Source of the DNA: Flaccisagitta enflata
Taxonomy: Eukaryota
Length of the DNA: 64,000 nucleotides
NCBI GenBank assembly: GCA_965153355.1
Contig: OZ231126.1
Coordinates: forward strand, 48,856,001 to 48,920,000
Reading direction: 5' to 3'
Positions 22,252 through 55,635 of the stretch are shown here, in pieces. The notes beneath the pieces were generated by a model. That model saw nothing but the letters and a program-made list of their open reading frames with translations. It had not been told where the DNA came from and did no database searches. Positions within the stretch are counted from its first letter, which is position 1, and each line of letters starts with the position of its first letter. Position numbers and translations under genes: made by a program.

Positions 22252-22787
22252 GACGACGTCCGTGTACAGAGAGAGAGCGAAAGTTGCGTCAGTGTTGAGC
22301 TTGGCCAATCATTTCACCCGCCCTCAATCTTCAACCGCTTGGGCTAAAAAATGTCAGAACTTGTATAATGTGGACATCAGCAACTGTGTCTGAAAAAAAT
22401 TAAAGAAATAACAAATAAATCGCGATATGAATTTCCATATTCACGAATCGGAATTTGTAAAATACTAGAAGTAAATAATGCATCCGGGCCTGTTACCACA
22501 ACAGAAATGTTAATAAATAAATTCAATAAAAAATACAATTCAATAGATTAGCGACTAGGAAGAAGCAACAACCTCGTACTAAAATCGGCAACATTATGGG
22601 CTAGCGTACCGCCCACCATTGCAACTCTGCAACTCTTGGAGAAAACCAGTCAAGTTTGCGGCGATCACCGTCACCTTCAAATGGCATTGTCTGTACATCA
22701 TTGCATTATAATTGGAGAATGACGCAAATACAGTCCCAGTTCACAAAGTCGATTCCAAGTCTCTCCGCCAGGAGCAAGCAGTAAGCT

Positions 22788-33353
<10,566 letters not shown>

Positions 33354-33644
33354 GTTCACTTTCGTAGACCACGGATAGCGGGTTATTAGTTAGGACCATG
33401 AACATAGCGTTCCATTCCCTTTAGGCCAACGCGGCATAAGATTCTCGTGTGTTACGTTCACGATTTCTCATATCACTTGTAGTCTTGGAACTAAACATAT
33501 GTGTCGGATTCAACAAAACTTTCCAGTTTTCATCCTTGGAAAACAAACGAAGGTAAAACTCCACTGCAATGAAACATGAAAAGAGCCATGCAATTTCTGC
33601 TTTGGGCGCGAATCAAATAGGAAACGATGCCCAAGCTTAACAGA

Positions 33645-36600
33645 TTATGTTTCCCCTTCCTCCTTTGGCGGACATTGCTCCACGTTATCTGTTCCCCCAC
33701 CGACTGCCGGTTTGAAAAATCCAAACTCATCTTTAGATTTCTCGCCCTCCTTCGTCGCATCATCTCCCTTCTTTTCCGACATCCCTTCCCGAGTTTCAAC
33801 AGATTCCTCCTTCTCCGAGTCTTTCTCGACTTTTAAAACGCCTTCGTTATCTTCCGTCCTTCGATCTCCCTTAACCTCACTAACCGCGTCACCTCCGCCA
33901 AACATTTGCAAATTATACTTTTTATTAGCCTTGTATTGTTTCAACAGAGCCAAACAGGCGGTTTTCCCAAGAATTTCGACAGCGATGGTAAAATGCGGAT
34001 CGTCGTAATCGACTCGATTGCGATCATCGAGGCCTTGGACCACGTTTGAGACTTGGCGCAGCGTCGTGTGGCGATCGAGACTTCCGTTATGGCGCGCCTT
34101 GAAATCCACGTTGAAAGTCCGCGTTTGGGGAGGCGAAGCGGGAACAGCGGGTGAGGACTCTTTCCTGACCGCATCGTCGACGTCCTCATTCCCCACTGCT
34201 TCATCGACGTCCTCATTTCCCACGTCGCTTTTTCCGTTTTTATCCAACTCGTCCAGGCCCTCGAGGGAATCGTCTTTGGCGTTGGTTACTTGGTCGTCCA
34301 CCTGAGACGTAATCTTCACGGTCCCGAGGAATGGCACGAGGCACTGAGAGGCGAGCTGGTTCAACTTGTCCTGATCCACTGAGAGGGAAGGTTGAAAAGA
34401 GAAAAGTCGATGAAGGGGCGCGGGGGAAGCAGCACGCGAGAGTTAAAGCCGCAGAAATTGAATCAAGTGCGAGAGAGCATCACAGGGGTGTGGATAGTAC
34501 TTTCAAACCATTACCTTTTACCGTACACATGACAGGATAATAATAAAATGAAGTAGAATATCGGATATTTGTCTAACTGGATGATAAATGATTATTTACA
34601 TTAGTAACGAAACTGATTTGGCAAAAACCATCATCACTTGGAAATACGGTGGAGCTCACTACCACCCAATCACTCAAATTGAGCATTCTAACAAAACTCG
34701 TCTCCAACGTTTTCTCATGTTCCATCTACATAAATTCCATTTCCATAATAAGCAAATCATAACCTTAGCCTTATCTAGTTGCAAAATCATTCCAAACCGG
34801 AACTAGCCACCACATTATGATTGTTCATGTTTAGTCATGGAATAAAACTGAATTTTAACGATGTTTTCACTTCACAACGTGGTGCCAAGATCAAAATCAT
34901 ATTGGTTTGACAAGAGGATTGAACTTGAATTTTGCTACTGGAATACGAAAACTGCATGGATAGTTATACTTTCATCCAAACGCCCCAAATGTGCCTGGCC
35001 TAAAAAGTGTTAGTGTGCTTATGTGATGCCTCAGCCCCCCCCCCCCACTGGTCAGCAATGGGATATATCATCCTCAATAACTTCCATCAGGACAGATAAT
35101 TCACAGAATTTCATGGGTAGCAAAAGGATTCATTAAATGACTCAATTTGCGAACCAAAAGGTCATTCAATGTTTTACATTACGGAGTGCGGGCCAAGCTT
35201 GGGAGATTTGAAGGTATTGCTTTTAAAAACAGGCATTTTTTCTCATTTTTCTTGCGGTGCTATTTCTATGAAAACATTATTTCCGAAGCAAACTGAGCTA
35301 TTTCTCAGTTAGTCTAGCCCATTTGCTCCATTTTGATACCAAGTTGACATATCTTTGATGAGGTTGACAATTTTTTAAGGGCTTTTGAAGATTTCACGCA
35401 TCAATTTGCTCAAACATGGACCCTTTTTAAATTTACCAATTTTTCACCATAAGTAGTCCCGATCAAGGGGTGAACATAGGTCAACCCATTTCAGCTCGGA
35501 GTCATCACTTTCATAGGCAAAAAATGCATTGAAAATATTTGTTTTTAATTCCAAAACCTCCTCCTGGTCTTTGATTTTAAAACCCTAGAGCGTGGATTTT
35601 GGTTTTAAAGGTCTTGATTTTAAAACCCTAAAGTGGGGATATTGGCTTTAAAGGTCTTGATTTTAATAACTTTTGTTGAATATTTGCTCACTCATCTTTG
35701 CTGTATTTTAGATAGTATGTATGCCCCTTCATGGGTACAAGGTGCATATACCTGGATGGAATTGACTCTTTTTATGTTAGTATGTTTGAAACAGAACAGT
35801 GAGAAAATTTTTGAACAATTTTTAAAAACCCGAGTTTGAGCTTTATGGTGGTTGTGTTCAGCCATCTTAAAGATGTTTTCCTTCCAAGTAGCAGGTTTTG
35901 CCCTTTAAGTCTTCCAAAATTAGTGAAATCACACTAACGTTTAAAAGAAACCCCAAACTTTTGCTTTTATTGACTTACAAGAACATAGCATACTACACAA
36001 ATTTAAACAAGCCCAAGAGGGCAACAGTCGCGTGCGTCTGGATATGACAAACAAAACTTAATAACGACTGTCCAATAAAAAACGTAATAACGTATCTCCA
36101 ATAAAAAGTTGACAAAATACCCAAAACACCCAAATATACCCAAAAATACCCAAAAAAAAAACCTAAACATACCCAAAAATACTCAAAAACACTCAAAAAT
36201 ACCCAAAAATATCTGAAAGTACCCTTATGTACCTATAATAACTTGAGTATCCTTAAGTACCCTGAAGTACCCTAAAGTACCCTGAAGTACCGTGAAATAG
36301 CCTAGTGTACCCAAAATAACCTTAAAATACCATAAAAAATCATAATTTTAAAAATGTGACGGATCTACCTACCGACTGACCTACCGACTGACACGGTAAG
36401 GTCTTGAGTCGCGTGAACGCGACTAAAAAAAAGACGCACTTTTGAATGGTTGATTTTGCCATTAAAAATTTTAAAAAACTTATTAAAATCTTAGACCATT
36501 CTGAAGCCCTTGAAACCCTCTTTCATTTGGCGCCAATCTGGTATCTCTATCTTTTTTTGTTTGGAAATGGCATTAGTTTGAATAAAAATATTGATAAATT

Positions 36601-39600
36601 TTTTTTTTGCAGTCCCTATGAAAAAGATGCAATTCAGCAAAATGGTGTCTCACTTTAGAGAGCTCAAGCTCCTAAACCGTTAAAGATACAGATCTGGGAT
36701 TGGTCTAGAATAAAAGATGATTTGAAAATCTTGTTGCAAAAATGGTCAAAATTTTGCTAAAAATCTCCATTCTTAAGCTTGTTAGGTAACATGGATATCA
36801 AGGAAGGTGGACGGGTAAGTGGGAAAGGGGAATGCCTCATGGGGTGGGGGCAAGGGGACTTATATGACCAAAATTGAGGTCCTGAGGGAGGTGGTTGTAA
36901 GAAATGACAAAAATTAAAAATGTTGATTTTTTTTGGTCAAAATGTGGATGATTTTATCAAAAAAAAATAATTGTAAATTGGAATCATGGGTGCCAAATAA
37001 TGCCAAATAACAGCCCTAGTGGTTTTTGGGCAGCGGCCCCAAAGGGGACGAAGTCCTTTAGAGAGATGAATTTTATGAATTTCAAAATTTCAGAATTCTA
37101 GAAATTTTAGATTTTAGAATTTTAAAGTTTTAGAATTTTAGAATCTGGGCTTTAAGAAAAAGTGCTTATTCTGAATCACAAGATTTTACCGTATAAAACT
37201 TTTTGAAGGTGAATGGGAGAAGTTCATTTAAGGGTGCAATATTTCATGACCTGTTGATTTCAATCTCTAATCTCACTTTAGCCTTACTCTTTTTATATTT
37301 TTTATTCTGTTTACATCTGTAAGTCTTTCTGTTATTCAGTCTTTTTTACTTTTTTTTTTGTCATCTTTTTTTCTCTATTTCAACTTTTTTTTTCTTTCTC
37401 CCTCTTCTTTTTCATTTTTTCACTTTTTTTTTTTAAATTTTCCTCTTACCTCTATTTTTTCTTTTTTCTTTGGTGTCCCGACAACTTTGGTGTCCCGACA
37501 ACAGGGACTTCCATGGAAGTCCCGGAAGTCCCTTGTCCTACGCCGCTGCCTGTAGGACCCAGGGTTAAATTTCCAGACGTCCCTCTGTCCATCTGTCTGT
37601 GTGTCCGTCTGTCTGTCCTTCCGTCCTTCCATCCATCTGTCTGTCCTTCCGTCCTTCCATCCGTCTGTCTGTCCTTCCGTCTGCCATCCGTCTATCCATC
37701 CGTCCGTCCATCCGTCCGTCCGTCCATCCGAAATCGATTTCTTATACATCATTTGATGTGAAACACCTTGTTTTTGGCACCCATGATTCCAATTTACAGT
37801 TGTTTTTAGTCGCGGACACGCAACTCTAGAATTTTCTGTGTCGGTTGGTTTAAGGTCGGTCACATCACATTTCTGTTTTAAACTCCTGCCCACCCATCTG
37901 CTACTAAGGGGTAGTGTATATGGCCTTGTTTTGGCTGAAATCATCAAGTAGCAACATATTTTGACCAATAAAATTAACATTTTGAATTTTTGTCATTTTT
38001 TGCAATCACCTCCAGGAGGACCTCAAATTCGGCTACTTTAACCCTCTTGCCCCCACCCCATGAGGCACTCCCCTTGCCCACTTACAACATGACCTTCCTT
38101 GAAATCTCTGCTACCCAACAAGCCTAAGTATGAAGATTTTTGGCAAAATTATAACCATTTTTGCAACACTCTATTATGAGGGTTATGCATCAAAAAGGCC
38201 TCTATATGGCCCTGACAGGCCAACTGCAAAAAAGTGGTGTGGTCTAAAGAATCCGTGCAGATGATTGACTGTGTCATACAAACCTCATAATGTGTCCAAA
38301 CTTTCTACACAGGCTTTTTTTGCATTTTTGGGAAATCCTTAACAAGCCAAAAGACCAGCCTTCTTAACACAACCAGCCCTCTTAAAAGTGGAGTAGCGGG
38401 TAGCACCACTACTCAGAAAAGGATATGTGCTGGAAGGTTTTGACAGAAGATAAAGAGGAAGAAGAAAAAGTCAAAAGGATCGCACATGGGAGCGGTACCC
38501 GATGGAGAGAAAGAGAGAGAGAGAAGGATAGATGAGAGAGAGAGAGAGAGAGAGACTTGGAAGGGAAGGGGTGAGTGGGAGAGTTTTGGAAGGGGCAAAG
38601 GAGAAAGAAGAAGAAGAGAGAAAGAAAAATAAGAAGAAGAAGCAGAAATAGGGAAGAACAAGTACCCCGGGGGTACAACGATGCGTCCACATGCTTCTTA
38701 GCTTGTTAAGAATGATGCAATATTGCATCAATCATGTGGAATGATGCAATGACTCAATATTTTGGGTGATTTTATTGAGTTTTCTACTCGTGTCCACGGA
38801 CCGACCAACCGACGGACAAAGCCTCTTATAGAGATGCGTGGACGCATCTAAAAAGAAAAAGAAAAGGAACATAAGAAAGAATAGGAGGAGAAAAAAGAAA
38901 CAAGGCCGGATACAGGGCTACCCCAGTCGCGTGCAGGTGGGCAGGGGCCATAATTGAGGTCACTCCATAATTTCGGAAGACTTGAAGTGCAAAATCTGCT
39001 ACTCGGAAGGAAAACATTTTTAAGATGGCTGAACACAACCACCATAAAGCTCAAACTCGGGGTTTTAAAAATTGGTCAAAAAGTTTCTCACTGTTCTGTT
39101 TCATATTATACAAACATAAAAATAGTAAATTCCATCCAGGTACAGGCACCTTGTACCCATGAAGGGGCATACATACTATCTAAAATACAGCAAAGATGAG
39201 TGAGCAAATATTCAACAAAAAGTTCTTAAAATCAAGACCTATAAAACCAAAATCCACGCTCTAGGGTTTTAAAATCAAGACCTTTAAAACCAAAATCCAC
39301 GCTCTAGGGTTTTAAAATCAAAGACCAGGAGGAGGTTTTGGAATTAAAAACCAATATTTTCAATGCATTTTTTGCCTATGTAAGTGATGACTCCGAGCTG
39401 AAATGAGTTGACCTATGTTCACCCCTTGATGGGGACTACTTATGGTAAAAAATTGGTGAATTTAAAAAGGGTCCATGTTTGAGCAAATTGATGGGTGAAA
39501 TCTTCAAAAGCCCTTTAAAAATTGTCAGCCTCATCAAAAATATGTCAACTTGGTATCAAAATGGAGCAAATGGGCTAGACTAACTGAGAAATAGCTCAGT

Positions 39601-41069
39601 TTGCTTCGGAAGTAATGTTTTCATAGAAATAGCACCGCAAGAAAAATGAGAAAAAATGCCTGTTTTTAAAAGCAATACCTTCAAATCTCCCAAGCTGTCA
39701 GACTGCTATATTATGAATTTTTTTTTGGTAAAATGTTGATCTTAAGTGTGACTTTTCAAAATTCCTTTTGAAAAAGTAAATTTAATCCAGCCTGTCTCAT
39801 CCGGCATTTTTTCAAATGGTTAAAATCACCTCAACCCAAGACTGAGGTTACCTTTACAGGTGCCGATTATGGGCATCATTCTCATAATATTCCTTGAACC
39901 CCTTTTGACGCCGCTTTTGATGTCATCCAAGATAGCGTCCATGATAGACAAGTTACCAGTGGCGCCCAGTTTCGTACGGATAAACAGCACGTTTTTTATC
40001 CCCGTTGTCACCTTGACGCAAACATAAATAAGTCATCAAGAATTAAGTACGTATGTAAGTATTAATTATTAGTGCGCTAGTATTAGATTTTTCCTCGGCA
40101 GATCAAGTAGGCCGCTATTAGTAATCCAAAACCATGCACGTGAAACAGTAAAACCAAGAGCGGTTCCCCTTTCAGACCGACTGAGAATACATAATTTCTC
40201 TGTTAGACAAAAATACACTAAAGTTGAAGATTTAGAGACCAACAAACCAAGAGTAAGAGACGATTGAGTCGCATTCACGCAACCGAAAATGAAGTATTAT
40301 TATTAGGTATCACCAGAGGTTAAAAAGTATGTCACCTGTTGAAAATCTCTCTCCTTCGTGGTGGTCTTTGATTTAATTCCTTCGACCTCTTTTGCGAACG
40401 CCGCATCGAAATCCTCTTCGATTTCGTCCCCTGCGAACGCAAAAAGAAAAAGCATTCCAGTAATGAAACTAAGCGTGCAGTAAGCGTGCAATGACCGACT
40501 TGATAGATAACTGGGAAGATAAGACAAGATCAGTCAAAACAAGACCAGATACACGGCGACCCCAGTCGCGTTCGGAAGGGCAAGGGCTGTATATATGGTC
40601 ACATTTGGTATATATGGTCACATTTGAGCAGTGGTGAGGTCAAAGACCGCAAAAACAAAACTAAAATGCTTGCTACCGACCAGCCGACGGACGGACAAAG
40701 CGCACACGGGATGTTGAGTCGCGTAGCACGCGATTAAAATTGATCCGTTCATAACTTTTTTATTTCAAGAATCTAGTTTATAACATCATCTGATACAACT
40801 GAAGCTCATTAGAGCGATAACCTGTCACCTGAGTCATGATCACGCAGGTCTTCTTCCGTCCTATTAACCAATCCGAGCTTATCAGCGTAGTGATTGAGAA
40901 GGTCATAGCATTCGTTTAGGCATCTTTTTTCGTTGTAGTTGCAGGTGACGAGGAAACCCGTGACACCCGGCTCAAGGTGGTTTGATCTCTTCCTCTTCGC
41001 CGAGAAATATTTCTTCTTGTCATTGAATTTGCGCTTAGCTCCTTGTAAGTCACTGCTGTCAGCCGACAT
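33645..41069 (-). CDS. THUMPD1: THUMP domain protein 1 (Tan1-like adaptor for tRNA ac4C), 409 aa, 4 coding exons
   Basis: Exons 41069-40829, 40430-40336, 40011-39852 and 34378-33645 (1230 nt). Motifs: LEPGVTGFLVTCNYNEKRCLNECYDLLNHYAD, FQQVTTGIKNVLFIRT, RMMPIIGTCK, FKARHN, NRVDYDDPHFTIAVEILG, KKYNL. An acceptor TTTTTCTCAG|C lies immediately before the ATG. Confidence 0.92.
35196..39696. repeat. Large inverted repeat: ~730-bp arms (35196-35925 / 38965-39696) around a 3-kb nest of other elements
   Basis: AGCTTGGGAGATTTGAAGGTATTGCTTTTAAAAACAGGC... is the reverse complement of ...GCCTGTTTTTAAAAGCAATACCTTCAAATCTCCCAAGCT. A second, more diverged inner pair lies at 36733-36960 / 37935-38167. Confidence 0.88.
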
Positions 41070-41391
41070 GCTGAGAAAAACAGAGATGAGGAAATAATTA
41101 CCGATGGCGATGATTTACAATTTTACTTTCTTATAGTACACAATCACCCCAATGACCATACGAACAGACTATGTTTTCTGAGTCACTTGGGTCTCGGTCG
41201 TTGGACTCATTCACTTTTTCTTGCTTTCAGAGAAGCCATGAATGGCACTCGTTCGTGGGCGTGGAACGTATCAAATTTGAGCCCAATTGCAATTGAACGC
41301 ATGTGAATATAATCATGCGTAATAGAAACAATTACCAACTGCATAGGCAAGCCGATGATAATATTAAATTATAAATTTTGTAATGGTTTCA

Positions 41392-41560
41392 CCTTTTAAT
41401 TAAGAAAATTTGACGGCCGAGGGAGAAATAACAGGCCTTAGCTTAGGCAAGGAGCCAATCAGAAACTAGAGAAAAAGATCCAAATCATCCTGACCAATGG
41501 CAGGCTCCAGAGGGAGGGCTCCGTTTGTTGTTGCTGTTCATCACCCGGTACTAGGAGCAC
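41392..41560. promoter_or_regulatory. Candidate bidirectional promoter with two CCAAT boxes between THUMPD1 (-) and the AARSD1 fusion gene (+)
   Basis: AGCCAATCAG (CCAAT 41455-41459) and GACCAATGG (41494-41498), 39 bp apart, in the only head-to-head interval of the window. A minus-strand donor AAG|GTGAAA at 41392 could close a 5' UTR exon. Confidence 0.5.
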
Positions 41561-41859
41561 AACGCTTTAAAGCGTACTTATCATCAGTACCATATTGGAC
41601 TGTCCGGCGGTCGCCATCGCGATGACAAAGTCGTCCTGATTCAGTCCAAGTTTGAACAACCGTATTCTACTCTCGCGTCAGGATCAATTCCGCAGTTCCC
41701 CGAAATCATCTGAGCATCTGATCATATCCTCTCGCAATGCAGTGAGAAAGCTAGGTCGCTTGGTTTTTAAGCTAGAAGTTTCTGTCCCTGAAAGTCTGTC
41801 TGTCTGTCTAGACAGTAACTCCAGTAAGCTCTACTAGTCATGGCAAAGAATAAATTAAC

Positions 41860-43995
41860 TCCTTTCTTTTTCTGTCTTTTTCTGTCTGTTTTCTGTCTGT
41901 TTTCTGTCTGTTTTCTGTCTGTTTTCTGTCTTTTTCTGTCTTTTTCTGTCTGTTTTCTGTCTGTTTTCTGTCTGTTTTCTGTCTGTTTTCTGTCTGTTTT
42001 CTGTCTGTTTTCTGTCTGTTTTCTGTCTGTTTTCTGTCTGTTTTCTGTCTGTTTTCTGTCTGTTTTCTGTCTGTTTTCTGTCTGTTTTCTTTCGTTTTCT
42101 TTCGTTTTCTTTCGTTTTCTTTCGTTTTCTTTCGTTTTCTTTTGTTTTCTTTGTTTTCTTTGTTTTCTTTGTTTTCTTTGTTTTCTTTCTGTTTTCTTTC
42201 TGTTTTCTTTCTGTTTTCTTTCTGTTTTCTTTCTGTTTTCCTTCTGTTTTCCTTCTGTTTTCTTTCTGTTTTCCTTCTGTTTTCTTTCTGTTTTCTTTCT
42301 GTTTTCTTTCTGTTTTCTTTCTGTTTTCTTTCTGTTTTCTTTCTGTTTTCTTTCTGTTTTTCTTTCTGTTTTCTTTCTTTTTTCTTTTTTTTCTTTCTTT
42401 TTCTTTCTTTTTTTCTTTCTTTTTCTTTCTTTTTCTTTCTTTTTCTTTCTTTTTCTTTCTTTTTCTTTCTTTTTTTCTTTCTTCTTTCTATTTTCTTTCT
42501 TCTTTCTATTTTCTTTCTTCTTTCTATTTTCTTTCTTCTTTCTATTTTCTTCTTTCTTTTTTCTTTCTTTCTTTCTATTTTCTTTCTTCTTTCTATTTTC
42601 TTTCTTCTTTCTTTTTTCTTTCTTTCTTTCTTTCTTTCTTTTTTCTTTCTTTCTTTTTTCTTTCTTTCTTTTTTCTTTCTTTCTTTTTTCTTTCTTTTTT
42701 CTTTCTTCTTTCTTTTTTCTTTCTTCTTTCTTTTTTCTTTCTTCTTTCTATTTTCTTTCTTCTTTCTATTTTCTTTCTTCTTTCTTTTTTCTTTCTTCTT
42801 TCTATTTTCTTTCTTCTTTCTTTTTTCTTTCTTCTTTCTTTTTTCTTTCTTCTTTCTTTTTTCTTTCTTTCTTTTTTCTTTCTATTTTCTTTCTTCTTTC
42901 TATTTTCTTTCTTCTTTCTTTTTTCTTTCTTTCTTTTTTCTTTCTTTCTTTTTTCTTTCTTTCTTTTTTCTTTCTTTCTTTTTTCTTTCTTTCTTTTTTC
43001 TTTCTTTCTTTCTTCTTTCTTTCTTTCTTTTTTCTTTCCTCTTTCTTTCTTTTTCTTTTCTTTCTTTCTTCTTTCTTTTTCTTTCTTTCTTTTTCTTTCT
43101 TTCTTTCTTTTTTTTCTTTCTTTCTTTCTTCTTTCTTTCTTTCTTTCTTTTTCTTTCTTTCTTTCTTATCTTTCTTTTTCTTTTTCTTTCCTCTTTCTTT
43201 TTCTTTTCTCTTTCTTTCTTTTTCTTTCTTTTCTTTCTTTTTCTTTTCTTTCTTTCTTTCGTTTTCTTTCTTTCTTTCTTTTTCTTTCTTTCTTTCTTTT
43301 TCTTTTTTTCTTTCTTTTTCTTTTTTCTTTCTTTTTCTCTTTCTTTCTTTTCTTTCTTCTCTTTCTTTTTCTTTCTTTTTCTTTCTTTCTTTCTTTCTTC
43401 TTTTCTCTTTCTTTCTTTCTTTCTTTCTTCTTTCTTTCTTTTTTTTTCTTTCTTTCTTTCTTTCTTTTTTCTTTCTTTCTTTTTCTTTCTTTTTTCTTTT
43501 CTTTTTCTTTCTTTTTTCTTTCTTTTTTCTTCTTTTCTTCTTTTCTTTCTTCTTTCTTTCTTTCTTTCTTTTTCTTTCTTCTTTCTTTTTCTTCTTCTTT
43601 CTTTCTTTCTTTCTTCTTTCTTTTTCTTCTTTTTCTTTCTTTCTTTCTTTCTTTTCTTTTCTTTCTTTCTTTCTTTTTTTTCTTTCTTCTTTCTTTTTTT
43701 CTTTCTTTTTTCTTTCTTCTTTCTTTTTCTTCTTCTTCTTTCTTCCTTTCTTTCTTTTCTTCTTCTTCTTTTTTTTCCTTTCTTCTTTCCTTTTTCTTTT
43801 CTTTTTTTCTTTTCTTCTTCTTTTCTTTTTCTTTTCTTTTTCTTTTTCTTTTCTTCTTTTCATTTTCCTTTCCTTTTTCCTTTTCCTTTCTTTTCTTCTT
43901 TTCTTATTTTCCTTTTTTCTTTTCTCTTTTTTTTTCTTCTACTGATTCTTTGGTTTTTTTATTCTTTTTTTCTCTTTCTTTTTCTCTTTCTTTCT
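41860..43995. repeat. 2.1-kb polypyrimidine/polypurine compound microsatellite
   Basis: The unit drifts TTTTCTGTCTG > TTTTCTTTCG > TTTTCTTTG > TTTTCTTTCTG > (TTTC/TTC)n. It is followed by a HINE family A 3' end (44050-44140) and (CT)/(CA) tracts (44145-44330). Confidence 0.97.
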
Positions 43996-44214
43996 CTGTC
44001 TGTCTGTCGGTCTACCTACCTCACAGGCCTGAAGTCAGTCAAACCTCCTGAAATCGGCCCTGCTCCCACCTCACTTCTTTGAAACAGCAATAGAGCAGGG
44101 CAACGGGTTCCGCTGACCATCTGCGATCCTTGGATGAATAGTTTTCTTTCTCTCTCTCTCTCTCTACTCACCACCACCACTCACTCACTCCTCACTCACT
44201 CACACACTCACACA

Positions 44215-44251
<37 letters not shown>

Positions 44252-44525
44252 ACACACACTCACAATCTCTCTCTCTCACACAATCTCTGACAATCTCTCT
44301 TTCTCACACTCACACTCTCTCACTCATTCTCACAAGTAAAAAAACGAACTATCAAAAGATTGAAAAATGAATATAAAAGGCTGAAAATTGTTGTGGTGGT
44401 AATTTGGAATTGTTCGACATTTTTTCTTGACACCAGTCGTAGGAGAACCCTGCTGGGTATTCATATAAGTCCTGGGGCCTGCAAGTATTTAGACAACTTC
44501 CATTAACAATAACTTTGATAACACG

Positions 44526-53536
<9,011 letters not shown>

Positions 53537-54624
53537 CTGACCTCGCGAGCCTCTGGCATGTACCGAAGAAAATTGGTCCAGTTGAAAGCTGTGGGATTGC
53601 TGATTGTTAAAGATGTGACCATGGATTGTAGTTATATTGATAGTAATTGTATTAGTATAAGTTGTTCGTTTTGTTGTTGTAGAGAAAATAATAAGGATAG
53701 ATAAATTGGACAGTTTGGACTTGCAGGCTCTGTTGAATTCCTGACAGAAAAAAAGGTTGATTTACTATGCTAATGCTGCAATTTTTTTATCTCCCGCGAG
53801 GGCAACAAAAAATTCGTTCAGTCGTTCATTTTTCATTTATCCAGTTTTATCCTCCTTTATAGTACAAGACAGATTATAGTACAAGACAAAATTCTCACAC
53901 CTACTAACTCTTAGATTTTGTGCACACTCAAGTTAGCTAAATAACCTGTATAACCTGTAAAAAACTTTCGCAGAAGGAAAACCCATAAGCTTGGGCGTTG
54001 TTGTTTGTTAGAAGGCTTGATATATTTAGCTAACCTAGGTAGAAAGAAAAATTATATCACATGTATTCTTGGAACAAAAAAGAAAAATACACAAGAGTAA
54101 AGGCGCATGTGTTATATGCCAGCTGTTCTGCAATCATGCAATTTGATCAAAACAGCGATTGGGAGAGAATTGAATGCCTACGATGTCTATGATGCGCGTG
54201 CCGTTAACACGAGCTAACGATCGAATAGGTTACGATATCTGGCGTAAGTTAAAGCGGCGGCTGTGCGACTGTCTAGGTAACCGCTACTGGAGCTGTCTCC
54301 CATCCAAGGAAGTCCTGAGCCGCCGACCTGCTCGCCGGATTTGCCCATGCGGATCGCTGACGCCTGGAGAAAAGAGAGAAAAGTTTCATTGAAGTGCGAG
54401 ATAGTAATGGTAGGCCTTGATCTACAACTTGGAATTTCTAAGGCTGAAAGCGGATCTCGTTTTGAAAAAAACTCGCCCCCTGAAGTGTTGACTGTTGTTA
54501 CAGGCTCTATACGCTACCAATCTAGGCGTTCTTGGTCTTGTTCGACGGAGATTTGATTTCTCTCGCCGTCGGCTTTAACTAAACATTATTTTTATTCTAA
54601 CCCAAAAAGCCCTTATGAGAATTT

Positions 54625-55150
54625 TTTTGAAAAAAGTGGGCAATCAATAGGAAATTGTTTGATTTGCCTAGATCCAAAATCTTGTTTTCACTTTTTCAAA
54701 AACTTTGAAAATTTTATGTCGCGCATCAGGACTTTGAAAAAAATCACAAAATATTTTTTTTGAAAAATGGTTTTAAAAGTGGGGTAATCAACAGGAAATT
54801 GTTTGATCTGCCTAGATCCAAAATCCTGCATTTTCATTTTTTAGAAAACATAAAAATTTTTGTAAATAGCACTTAGGAAAAAAATCACTAAATATTTTTT
54901 TTGAAAAATGGTTTTCAAAAGTAGTGCTATCAATAGGAAATTGTTTGATTTGCCTAGATCCAAAATCTTTTATTTCATTTTTTTTTCAAAAAACTTTGAA
55001 ATTTTTTTGTATTGGTGTCAGGGACTTTCAAAAACACAAAAATTTTTTGAAAAATGGTTTTCAAAAATGAGTGCAGTTGATAGGAAATTGTTTTTATCTT
55101 CCTAGATCCAAAACCTAAAATTACTTTTTTAAAAAAATTTAAAAATTTGA
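54625..55150. repeat. Four diverged ~140-150-bp tandem units (..AATAGGAAATTGTTTGATTTGCCTAGATCCAAAA..)
   Basis: The core recurs at ~54647, 54790, 54932 and 55080. Confidence 0.85.
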
Positions 55151-55635
55151 TTGGGGGCAAGTTCAAAGAAAAAACGGAAAAAAAGAATGTCGGTTTTCTC
55201 TTTTACTTTTTAAGTATGAAAAAGGCCGTAACTTCTAAACTATTGATGCGATTGTCCTGAAATTTGAAATACTAGCTGACGTCATGCTTCCCAACGTACG
55301 AGCTAAAAATCTCGATTGTGAACCGTCGTAAAGTTGGACGCACTTCTTTGCCTAGTAATGGATAAATTGGATTGCAGCCAGAATATGGTGGGCCTTGACA
55401 ATTTGGAGATTCAGTAGGAATTTGATTTGGCTTAGCAAGTTGGGATTTGGGTCCCACGTCTAAGATCTAGGGTTTATGGAACTGAAACTAGCTGGGGAAG
55501 GTATGGCAAGAAGAACAGTAAGAACACACATATTCACTAACGAAACCTCCTACTCATACGGTAAAATGAAAGTTTAGATAGAATGGGAATCCTGATCTTT
55601 CTATTGATGTTTTTCTTTTATTTTGCATCTGAGTA

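Noticed and set aside
19784-22393. Multiple plus-strand ORFs of 70-140 aa
   Set aside because: Antisense shadows of the long minus-strand exon, with no motifs.
41840-44082. 701-, 646- and 353-aa Phe/Leu/Ser or Lys/Glu/Arg ORFs
   Set aside because: Translations of a pyrimidine microsatellite that cannot contain stop codons.
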